A stretch of 63,579 bases of DNA, the filler included, from Collodictyon triciliatum (taxonomy: Eukaryota), in the NCBI GenBank assembly GCA_043381765.1. It is 7 parts of 7 records of this genome, joined end to end, with 100 filler letters (N's around TTAATTAATTAA, not from the genome) between each part and the next. Parts side by side here need not be neighbours in the genome. Positions count along the whole stretch, not along the records: positions 29,231 to 40,912 come from JBHJMP010002333.1; positions 41,013 to 46,837 come from JBHJMP010002335.1; 5 more parts are not named here. The stretch is one strand, 5' to 3'. Below, in pieces: positions 33,201 to 42,472 of the stretch (its first letter is position 1; each line of letters begins with the position of its first letter). A program made the translations under genes and the position numbers. The notes under the pieces were generated by a model. It had not been told where the DNA came from, did not search any database, and saw only the letters and a list, made by a program, of their open reading frames with translations.

Positions 33201-36194
33201 CACTTGTACACTTGGATGCTGAATATAATGAAGAATCCCAATCATTTAGATTGTATCCTGGCAAAAATTTGATTGTCATGTACCACATACATGCAACTGA
33301 AATTTTTATAAGTATTCGAAAATACGATGCTGGAGATTATGGAGAAGCTGCCGACAAATTCAAGATGTTTGATATTCTTTCTTTCATAATTCGACAAATT
33401 TCATCTATCCGACCAAATTTTGTTCAGGTTTGTCGACTTGGATGCCCGGATTGTCAGCGCCTGGGAATGAATGGTTATATTGAGGCCTCAAAACTGGATG
33501 AGTCAGAGCTACTCTATTGTACAGAGAAACACAAACCTAATTTAAAACTGGTGCATCAAGGGCGTATTTATATGGAACAAGGTAAAAATGAATAACATTT
33601 ATAAAGTGAAGCTGTGCATAATTGCAAACCAATACATACGGGCATAAATGTATAAAAACTAATAATAATTTCTACTTTTTAATACAAAACTGATTGCGAC
33701 AAAGGAATATCAAGGCGATTTCAGTCAGTCATGAAGGCAAGAAAGGCACAAATGTCACAAGAATACAATGGACTGCATGATATTATATCAATAGATAATG
33801 AGTTGGGGAGATTGAGAGACCTTTGGATAAGTGAAACCATCGAACTAGTAGAGTACCTTGCTAAAGGTGCATACGGAAGAGTCTATATAACAAATTACAA
33901 AGGAAAAAGCGCAGTTGTAAAAATCCAAACTATCCAAAAAAGTCAGGAACAAAATATAAGTGAAATCATTCAATCGGTTATAATTGAGAGCAAATATTTG
34001 CACTTGTGTCGGGAATGCGAGAATATTGTTAGGTTATTTGGAGTAAACCGGAAAGATGATGATTTTTACATGATTATGGAAAATGCTGGGATATCGTTGA
34101 AAACAATGATAGAGAGCAAAAACATAAAACCAAGCTTACATCAAGTTGTTTCATACACAAAGCAAATATGTCAAGGTCTTATTTTCATGCATAGTAAGAG
34201 TCTGTATCACGAAGATTTGAAAGCCGACAACGTTATGATTATCGACGAAACAGTGAAAATTGTTGACTTTGGGATTGTAAGTCTTCGTGGCAAGGAGAAA
34301 ATCGGCTCAAACTTGCCTACAAGATTCGGGGAATGGAAACAAGGCGGAACTTCAAACTGGCAAGCACCAGAAATTCACGATATTGCTTGTAAACCCTTTT
34401 ACGAAGATAGGGTTGAGTACGGAGAAGATGAAATTAATATAGGACACAGAGGAGAACCCAGTAATGTATATGCTGTGGGAATGATTGTTTGGTATATGTT
34501 CTCAGGCTATGAGCCTTTCCAAAATGAGACCCAGACACAGAGTTTTATCATCAGAGGATTAAGACCTGAAATATGTAGAGAAACTACTCGTGAAATCGAA
34601 CATTTAATTAAAGTATGTTGGAAACAAAACTACAAGGTTCGACCAAGTTTAGAAAAAATTATGGAGTTTGTCACTGTATTGCTTTCTAACAATTTCATTC
34701 TCTCGCATGACGAATTGATTGAACTGCTTCCCACAAAATATTCTCCCTTATCAGACATGTATCACGGAGAGTTTGTGGAATGGCTCCGAGATAATGGCTT
34801 CAAAAAATTAAGTGTGAAGATTTCGTTGCAAGACTGGAATACTATTGAGGACATTCAAGACAAACTGAGTGAAAAAACCATGCTAGATATGTATCATATA
34901 TCCTCAAGCGACGTTGTAGCATTTATTGAATTATCAAAGCAGTTTGTGGAAGAAGGAAACTCTGAATCTCAAAAGAAAGTTCAAGAATTATTTTATTCAC
35001 AACTGTATAGTTATCTGCAAAAAAAGCAGGATGAAAAATCGCAAAAATTACTTCAAAAAGTGAAGGCGTTGCGACTCGATGGAAAGATTATATCTATGCT
35101 TGACCAGTCAGATGTTCATGAAAAGCATTCTTTTTCTGAGCAGGAAATCTCGACCGTATTTAAATTTATAACCGATTATTCGCAATTTAATGACTTGGAA
35201 TCGACCAAAATGCCGTTGGATAAATGTGCACTGCAAAAATTGGAGGAAATACAACGAATGAACTTAAAATATGACCCTGGAAATCGTGGAATCCAGTATG
35301 CAACTTCTTTGCGGATGAACGATCTTCATCTCTATGAGATCCCGGGTTCTGTTGGACTCTTAATAGAGCTGAAAAGCTTATATTTAAGTTCAAACATGGT
35401 AAATGTTATATTTAATTAAGATATAACGCTAGGGTAAATATTGCTATGGAAAAATTAGCTCAGTATTCTTTTCCATGCTCAAAATTAGTTGAATGCATTT
35501 CCTGGGCCATGCGTTTTGTTGACCAACCTGCAATTACTTGATTTGTCCCATAACCTGGTACTTTTGTATTTATCACCATATTAATAAACCTGAGCTTATT
35601 TTTTTGATTCTTTCTGAAGAGAAATTCTCACCTAAATACAATAGATTTCTTCATTGCCATCTGTTATATCGACTCTAGATAGTCTCACACGCTTAGACAT
35701 ACAGGAAAACCCAGTGAGACTCAACTTTCTTTCAAACATTGAATTAATGAAAATAAAAATAGAATTTCAAATGTCCAAATTACCTACTTGTATTACATTA
35801 ATTAAATTTCGTAAAAATTCCACAGATAGAAGAACTCCCTGTAGAAATCATGACCTTGACCTGTCTTAGTATCTTAAAAGTTGAAAATGCGATGGGTGGA
35901 TTAAGCGTATCAAGAGCACCCCGAGGAATCACTAATCTTCCGTGTTGCACTGAGTCAAGTGGCACAGGACTGGGATTCATCACTAAAATTAAACTCTACG
36001 ATCACGTAATTTTTAATATATTCTATTTCTTATTCTCTCCTGACGATTATGATTGTTCTTATTATCAGGAGGAGGTTATTCATGACCTAGATACTCTACC
36101 AGCTCCCGCAGATGTGGAGGCCCAACCAGGTCCTTCAAATGGAAAAAAAAAGAAAACAGGAAAGAAGAAGAAAAAAAAATGTAACATAAGCTAG
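30231..36194 (+). CDS. Roco protein: LRR - Roc GTPase - COR - protein kinase - helical region - LRR - polybasic CaaX
   Basis: LRRs; Roc motifs GEGEAGKTT, WDFGGQ, GTHKD; COR motif ALKFLHDLGTIVWY..VFLDP; intron ~33582-33703 joins the kinase (AKGAYG, HEDLKADN, DFG, WQAPE); further LRR exons; ends KKKKKKCNIS*. Confidence 0.92.
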
Positions 36195-36268
36195 TCCCAC
36201 AGACTAAATACAAAGAGCGTGGTCCTTCTGTTACAGCCAATAAATTTTCTTGCATTTGGAGCAAAAAA

Positions 36269-36311
36269 TGTGGAATTTGTAACTCCATAATATATAGTTA
36301 CAAATTCCACA
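36269..36311. terminator. Perfect 16-bp inverted repeat with 11-nt loop (terminator/3'-processing hairpin or recombination site)
   Basis: TGTGGAATTTGTAACT (36269-36284) and AGTTACAAATTCCACA (36296-36311). The structure is certain; the function is inferred. Confidence 0.5.
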
Positions 36312-36397
36312 GCGAACCTTGTGAACCTCAAAAGTTCAGGGGTTTATATACACCTTTTTGCGTAGACCACAGAACATTACACCCTTAATTAACGCTT

Positions 36398-36470
36398 ACC
36401 TTCCATATATATCCATCTTCCGCCCTCGACCACCGAACACCTTCCATTTATATCCATCTTCCACCCTCGA
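36398..36470. repeat. Two 32-bp direct repeats separated by 9 bp
   Basis: ACCTTCCATATATATCCATCTTCCGCCCTCGA (36398-36429) vs ACCTTCCATTTATATCCATCTTCCACCCTCGA (36439-36470), 2 mismatches. Confidence 0.9.
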
Positions 36471-36502
36471 TACAATTTGGTACGCAATACTAAATTGTAA
36501 CA

Positions 36503-36649
36503 TCACACATCATCGGCGCTCCCCTTATCAAACTCTACCTCGCTCCCGCAACACTTGCTGCGCTTCACATGTTTGAGCGTATACTTCCACAGCCGCTCAA
36601 CAACCAACACCACAGTAAACAATAGTCCAATCAAAGTCACAGGCTCCAT
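36503..36649 (-). CDS. 48-aa single-TM protein with RSKCCG motif (putative viral membrane protein)
   Basis: MEPVTLIGLLFTVVLVVERLWKYTLKHVKRSKCCGSEVEFDKGSADDV. The ATG lies 17 bp after the capsid-like gene's stop, on the same strand. Confidence 0.65.
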   Translation of the reverse strand: MEPVTLIGLLFTVVLVVERLWKYTLKHVKRSKCCGSEVEFDKGSADDV

Positions 36650-36665
36650 ATGCTCACATATATTT

Positions 36666-38225
36666 TTATTCGACACGGAAGGTTTGCTGGTTGCTCTGAA
36701 TTTCAAGCACAGCATCATACAGACTAGCCACCAGTACATTGTACGACTTTGTTGCAGAGTTGTCTACAAACTCAAGTCTTAGCGACATTAGCCCCGACCC
36801 GCTATTTTGAATATCTGTACCTACTATTTCCCCTTCGGCTACATCAAGCACTTTACGCAAATTAAAAGCCAACATAAACTCACAAGGGTTCTGGACACCC
36901 TCACGCAAAAATCTCTGGACGACTCCTGTATCAGCGTCTTCCAATCCTGTGCCGTCAGCTTGTCTCGTCCCAGCATAAGAAGTGTCAGTACATTCTATTC
37001 CTACACGGCCATACGGTGATAAAACATTTACACCTCCTAATTGTTGTGCAGTCGGCTGGGTATCAGTGAATCCTTCTGTCAAATTAAATGTGCGATCAGT
37101 AGACGGCTGAGCAAACTGATTACCATCAAAAGCAAATGGCCCAGTATATTCACTCCTAACAAATGTGAGCCCCATCGCTTTCTGGACCTCGAGGAATACT
37201 TGTGTTGCTCCATTCAGGCAGTCCATCGGTTGCAGAGGATAGTAGAATGAGCCAAGCTGAAGCTGGGCACTCTTTAATTGCTGCGGGAAATGCTTGCGGT
37301 CACGCCCAGGGATAAGTATCTTGCCCTGCTCACTGGCGTCAAAGAATGCTACATATACGGCGTTCAAACTCTTGACAGTATCATTGATATTGTAAGTAAT
37401 ATTCTGTTGTGCTGCCGGTAAAGAATAAAGCGACGTCCTCCAGGTCTTATAGGGGATTTGTAATGGCACTCCACGTGATATACTGGACTGAAGCTGAGCG
37501 TGATATTCAGGGGCCATTCTTACCAGATCGTATGATAGATAACACGCAGTAATTTCATATGTCGCTGTTGTATCCGGAGTCCCCAATCCAGCATTAGCAG
37601 CTGAGCTTCGATTGTATGCCTGCATACACTGATTCGCAGGAGCCAGCTCTATTTCTATCTGGAACGCAGCAGTTGTGTCAATCAAGGACGTAGAGATTAG
37701 TCCCGAGTACTGACTGATTCCTGATAGGCGCAGAGGTATCGTATAATTTCTTTTTACCAAAGCTGAATTAAAATCGTTGAGTGTCTGACGATGATACCTA
37801 ATTCGATCATAGGAATTCCCGATTCCCATTGTCGCTGCACCCACGCACTTGTTGTAGTCGTCAGCCACGAAGTTCATAAAGATCGAATCAAGGTAATTAT
37901 ACCGTTGTATATCCTCTAAAAGGAAACTAGTACCTTTCCTAATTCGGAGTGTTTGGATAATTGATTCAATTGAGTTGTTGAAAAAGTAATCGTGTGTGGC
38001 GGCTGTTCCAGTTCCTACAACGGGTATGATGTCAAAGTGAATCATCAACGTGTCCATGTCTATTTCCATTCCAGTTTCAGAAGGAATGTTCCAGAGGATT
38101 CTGTCTACTTTAGTCGGTCCGAATACGCCTCCGTTGAATGGGGTTACTTTGGTGGTGTGACGGGCCAGAACTTTGTCATTATAGTTCCGAATCTTCATGT
38201 ACTTTGCCTCGCTAGGATACTCCAT
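36666..38225 (-). CDS. Putative double-jelly-roll major capsid protein (PLV-like), 519 aa
   Basis: Intronless and beta-rich. Motifs VTPFNGGVFGP..ILWNIP..IDMDTLMIHFD, SIIQTLRI..LLEDIQRYNYL, QIEIELAP, YLSYDLV, QLQLGSFYYPLQP, FMLAFNLRKV and LYDAVLEI follow the pattern I recognise from PLV MCPs. No profile search was run. Confidence 0.8.
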   Translation of the reverse strand: MEYPSEAKYMKIRNYNDKVLARHTTKVTPFNGGVFGPTKVDRILWNIPSETGMEIDMDTLMIHFDIIPVVGTGTAATHDYFFNNSIESIIQTLRIRKGTSFLLEDIQRYNYLDSIFMNFVADDYNKCVGAATMGIGNSYDRIRYHRQTLNDFNSALVKRNYTIPLRLSGISQYSGLISTSLIDTTAAFQIEIELAPANQCMQAYNRSSAANAGLGTPDTTATYEITACYLSYDLVRMAPEYHAQLQSSISRGVPLQIPYKTWRTSLYSLPAAQQNITYNINDTVKSLNAVYVAFFDASEQGKILIPGRDRKHFPQQLKSAQLQLGSFYYPLQPMDCLNGATQVFLEVQKAMGLTFVRSEYTGPFAFDGNQFAQPSTDRTFNLTEGFTDTQPTAQQLGGVNVLSPYGRVGIECTDTSYAGTRQADGTGLEDADTGVVQRFLREGVQNPCEFMLAFNLRKVLDVAEGEIVGTDIQNSGSGLMSLRLEFVDNSATKSYNVLVASLYDAVLEIQSNQQTFRVE

Positions 38226-38236
38226 GCATACGGCAA

Positions 38237-38543
38237 GAAATTAATTTCAGATCAAACGCGCCCCAAGAATAAAATGGGCATTGGCATGTCTCTGTGTTTT
38301 ACCTACTGCTCAACCCCCCTTTTAGGGCCCTTCAAAACTACTTTTAACTTGACCTTACCTTAGATGAAATTGGGTAAGGTAAGGTATATTTTCTACCGAC
38401 TTTCTATATTTTAGGGGTTGAACAAGTAAGGATGAACATAGGATGAACATAAAGTTATGAGACTAAAAGAAGTAAGGGAACACCCGAATGCCCATTTTCT
38501 TCTGGAGGATGAACAGGACTTGAACAGGACTTGAACAGGGGTT
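38237..38543. promoter_or_regulatory. Structured intergenic region: palindrome, nested inverted repeats and 11-bp tandem repeats
   Basis: Palindrome GAAATTAATTTC 38237-38248. Inverted pairs 38266-38282/38487-38503, 38310-38317/38414-38421 and 38352-38362/38375-38385. Tandem AGGATGAACAT x2 and TGAACAGGACT x~3. Confidence 0.55.
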
Positions 38544-38552
38544 GTGCATTGT

Positions 38553-38912
38553 TTACCTAAATCTCAATTCCCGCCCGTGAGTGGCCAGCGCATAAGCCTG
38601 ACCCAGGTCGTGTATGCCAGAGCCTAAACTCTTTGTATTCATTTTCTTAATGTCCAGGTCCCCCAGAGTGCTCAGCCCCCTACCGAGGTAATTGGCTGCC
38701 TTGATAGTGGTGACCAGGGGGTTGGTGATGGTCTGGATGGCGGGCTTTACTCCCGTAGAGGTCAATAAATTGTCGACTAACCCCATGCTGGCATCGTCGA
38801 GTTTCACATATGCGTTATTGAGTCCCTCTAGTCGTCGTATTGCTCTGTCAGTTGATGTAGTAAGAAACCGCCCTACCCCTCGTGCTCCTCGTTGTGCGTA
38901 GTTTACAATCAT
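38553..38912 (-). CDS. 119-aa orphan, basic/amphipathic helical protein (putative virion core or membrane-active protein)
   Basis: ATG-started intronless ORF on the same strand as the capsid-like gene. G/A/L/T/R-rich, no Cys or Trp. Confidence 0.6.
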   Translation of the reverse strand: MIVNYAQRGARGVGRFLTTSTDRAIRRLEGLNNAYVKLDDASMGLVDNLLTSTGVKPAIQTITNPLVTTIKAANYLGRGLSTLGDLDIKKMNTKSLGSGIHDLGQAYALATHGRELRFR

Positions 38913-38944
38913 ACTGGGGCACAGATAAAAATCTAGGGTAAAGC

Positions 38945-40912
38945 ATGAGCAGATTTACTCCAGGCCAAAAAGATAAAATAGAGGGAGACATTTATGATGC
39001 TTTGAAATTTGAGGACAGAGCAAATACAAAAACATCAGGAAAGATTATAACTAAATACAGGACAAAATTAAAAAGCCTATGGGATGGAAAAGGCAAGGGG
39101 CGCTCAGAAAACTTACTATTACCAAGCTTAAAAGAATACATAAACCCTGACGGTGAGAAATATTTTAAAAAGCGTGTACCGACACAGCACGCAGCAATTG
39201 TAAATCAAATTGCCGTACTGCGTTTTCCAAAAGACACGCCTGAAGAATCATACGCTGCAGCAGAAGAAGAGATAAAGAAAGCATTAGAAGAAGATAAAGA
39301 ATTTCAGCACAAATACTTTAGAAATATATGGGCACTTACACCAAAAGCAGACGGTGGAGGACACCATTTAACATCATGGGCTAATTTAAATACTGCGTTC
39401 TCATATGCATATTTTTCTGCTGGAATAGAAGCTGAAAATATTCCTGATCCTTCCCCGCAACCAGCCCCTTCCCAGCCAGCTACACGCCGTGTAAGTCCAG
39501 GCGATGCAAGGTCAGAATCAACCGCAGTTGCTGCACCGGCCCGACTCCCACCGGTTGAAGAAGGAGAAGACCCAGAAGAAGACCCAGAAGAAGACCCAGA
39601 AGAAGACCCAGAAGAAGACCCAGAAGAAGACCCAGAAGAAGACCCAGAAGAAGACCCAGAAGAACAAGAAGAAGAAGAACAAGAAGAAGAAGGTGAATGG
39701 GAGCCTGATATTACCGAAGACGAAATGATACAAAGACGACTTACACTACGGGAACAACTGAAGAGAAAGAAGGAAGTTTTTCTGATGCCCTATCTTCAGG
39801 TACGTAAGCGAGGAATAGCACAAGCAGACCACTTACATGCTATTGGCAATCAAATACTGGCAAGGTTACGAGACAGAAACATTATAGATAATTATAAAGA
39901 TCTGCCTTCGCTAAATTCACAAATAGAATTTTTAGAAGCAGCCGATGAAATGATTGTTGACCATTTTGGAGGAGAACCAGTCTTGTTAGCGCTACATGAA
40001 TTAGCAGACGAAGATAGAGCCCCTGACCTCTCATTTAACTATGCTCAGATTGAAACTTTAATGCTTTCTAAGCTAGCTATTGAAGAATTGTATATCGAAA
40101 AAGTTAAGAAACAAATAGCTGACGTGGCACGTGCTAAACGAGCAGCCGCACTAGAAAATAAAAGAAGAGAAGCCGCACTCAAAGAACAACAAAGAAAAAA
40201 AGAAATACTAGACCGCAAACTTCAAATAAGAGCTCAACAAAATCAAAATCCAGAAGCTAATGAGAGACAGAAATTAGCTAATGAAATCGCTGATCTGAGA
40301 AAAGAATTAGATTCTCAAACAGCTACGGCCTCGGTTAATCCTTCACAAGTACCACTGACTTTTCAGAAACAGCTTGAAATTGTTAATCTTCGCAAACAGT
40401 TAGAAGCAATGAATGCACAAAATGAATCATTAATACAGAGTGCTGATATAGCTGAGACCAACATAATGACTGCCAATTTAATACAAGACATAGTGGAACT
40501 ACAACGAGCCGCTGTACGTGTGGCAGCCATCGAACAACTGGCCGAAGACGCAGAACAACAACAGATCGATTTGCTGCTAAACGATTATCCTGACTTACTG
40601 GATCAACAACTCGAAATATTAGATCAACAGTTTTTATTGTATGACTTTCTGACACCCAAGAAAATTTCACGACAACTTGACGAATCTCTTCAATCTTTGA
40701 TTTCTAATGTCGCTAGTCGCAATCTCTCTTTTGAAAGCGCACTAGACACATCCATCCAAGTTAACGCAGATGACCCAGACACAACCGGAATTAACGATCA
40801 AGGTGGGTACCTCACAGCCGCACAGTCACCCATCCTTACACCTGTACAATCAGCACCAGCAACTCCTTTTATGTCACCTGCCAGACCCGGACCCCAAGCA
40901 AGACTAGGAGGC
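38945..40912 (+). CDS. Large orphan viral ORF (>656 aa, truncated): basic N-terminus, (EEDP)n acidic tract, coiled coil
   Basis: Open for ~2 kb with no introns until the contig end. 12-bp tandem repeat GAAGAAGACCCA at 39566-39658. Confidence 0.8.
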
Positions 40913-41398
40913 NNNNNNNNNNNNNNNNNNNNNNNNNNNNNNNNNNNNNNNNNNNNTTAATTAATTAANNNNNNNNNNNNNNNNNNNNNNNNNNNNNNNN
41001 NNNNNNNNNNNNAAACAACATCACCCAAACAACCCCCTCCACAAATAAAAAAAAAAAAAAAAAAGGAGAGAAACAACACGAAGCAAATACATAACGCTCG
41101 ATTCCTTTGGGAGCCATGAATGCCATGCCCCTTCATATATCCGTAGTTACAGATCATCCTTATGATTCTTCACTCACCCATCCAAACACCCTTGTATACT
41201 CCCTGTATTTTTTCAAATTCTACTTCTTTTTTTTCGCCAAGTATGAGACTTAGCTTTTGAGTCAGAATTCAACACTGGGCCAAAAAAAGAAAGAAAGAAC
41301 AGAGTACACACTGCTTCTTTTTCTTGCTTTTCCTTTCTTTATTTCATTTTTTTCCCGAACAGCCAAGATCATTATTTCTTGTTAGTGCAGAGGCGACT

Positions 41399-42472
41399 AT
41401 GAACGGAGATCTTCAAGCACAAATCCAAGCAGGCACGAGACTCCGGAAGGCAGAGACCAACGACCGATCGGCACCGAGCAACGCTGGTAGGAGACACAAT
41501 CCCGTATTCCATTTCCCTTCTCCGCGGGTTGTCATGAGTGTTAACGCCAACAAAATAACATCAAGCAAAAGGGAAACATTTCATACACGCCCATAACCGC
41601 ACATGATAAACCAAATCAGAAAACACAACCCTAGCATCGATAAATAATACAGAGTCCCACATACATACATACATCCAAGTCTATAATTATGTACATGTAT
41701 ATACCAGTAGCATCGCACGGCTATCTGCCCCTCACAACAGCACAAAAACTCTGCAGGAAAAGTCGGGACCCCAGCCCGCCCCGTCCACGGCCCTCCGCCC
41801 ACCCGGCCAACCCTCCCGCCCCCCACCACGATCCCACCAGCCCGCCCGAATCTTCCGCCGCCGCCACCACCCTCACAATCCACATTGGCATCCCCAAATC
41901 CCACCACGGCTCCACCAACTCGCCCGACTCTGCCACCATCACCACCAATCCCGCAATCCACACTGGCACCGCCAAATCCCACCACGGCCCCACCAACTCG
42001 CCCGAATCTTCCGCCGCCGCCACCACCCCCGCAATCCACACTGGCACCGCCAAATCCCACCACGGCCCCACCAACCCGCCCGACTCTTCCGCCGCCGCCT
42101 CCACCGCCGACTCGTGGCCGGTCGACATCTGCATCAACGTCAACGTCAACATCGGCCTCTGCGCAGCGCTTTGTGTTCCCATCGCCCGATTCGTTCCCGC
42201 CGCCGCCGCCGTTGTCCAACCGGGCGAAAGCGTACTCGGCGAAGCCTGCATCGGCGGACGAGGACGAAGCCTCCGACACGTTCGGCGACCCTGCACGGGC
42301 TGCCCACCCCAACGGCCCTCCTCCGGCTCGACGCCCGGGCGCCCCCGACCGCCCTGCTGTGGCCGCTAAGCCCCGCACTACCGTCCGCTACACCGTCATC
42401 CAGCCAGCCGAGCAGACCGCCTCGTCCAGTCGCAGGGTTCCTTTGGGTCAGCCCCCTGTATCGCCACGCTAG
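41399..42472 (+). CDS. WH2-domain, proline-rich WIP/verprolin-like actin regulator
   Basis: Exon 1 (41399-41486) LQAQIQAGTRLRKAETNDRSAP matches the WIP-type WH2 motif. GT-AG intron 41487-41756 joins in frame to polyproline repeats (three QSTLA.PNPTTAPPTRP.LPP units). Confidence 0.82.

Larger units (their letters stand above)
36269..40912. mobile_element. Endogenous Polinton-like virus (PLV)-type element, partial (right side lost at contig end; left boundary approximate)
   Basis: Abrupt switch to intronless, tightly packed ORFs (17-bp and 32-bp gaps), no host-type microsatellites, a capsid-like gene, orphan ORFs, and hairpin/repeat structures. Confidence 0.8.

Noticed and set aside
36398-36470. 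32-bp repeats as a mini CRISPR array
   Set aside because: Only two units, a 9-bp spacer, no cas genes and a eukaryotic context.
36396-36503. 35-codon minus-strand ORF starting at a TGATG stop-start overlap
   Set aside because: It is very short, runs through the direct repeats and has no recognisable features, so it cannot be supported as coding.
30231-38225. Functional coupling of the Roco immune-like gene and the adjacent provirus as one defence system
   Set aside because: A single adjacency is the only evidence, and chance integration explains it equally well. It would need recurrence at other Roco loci.
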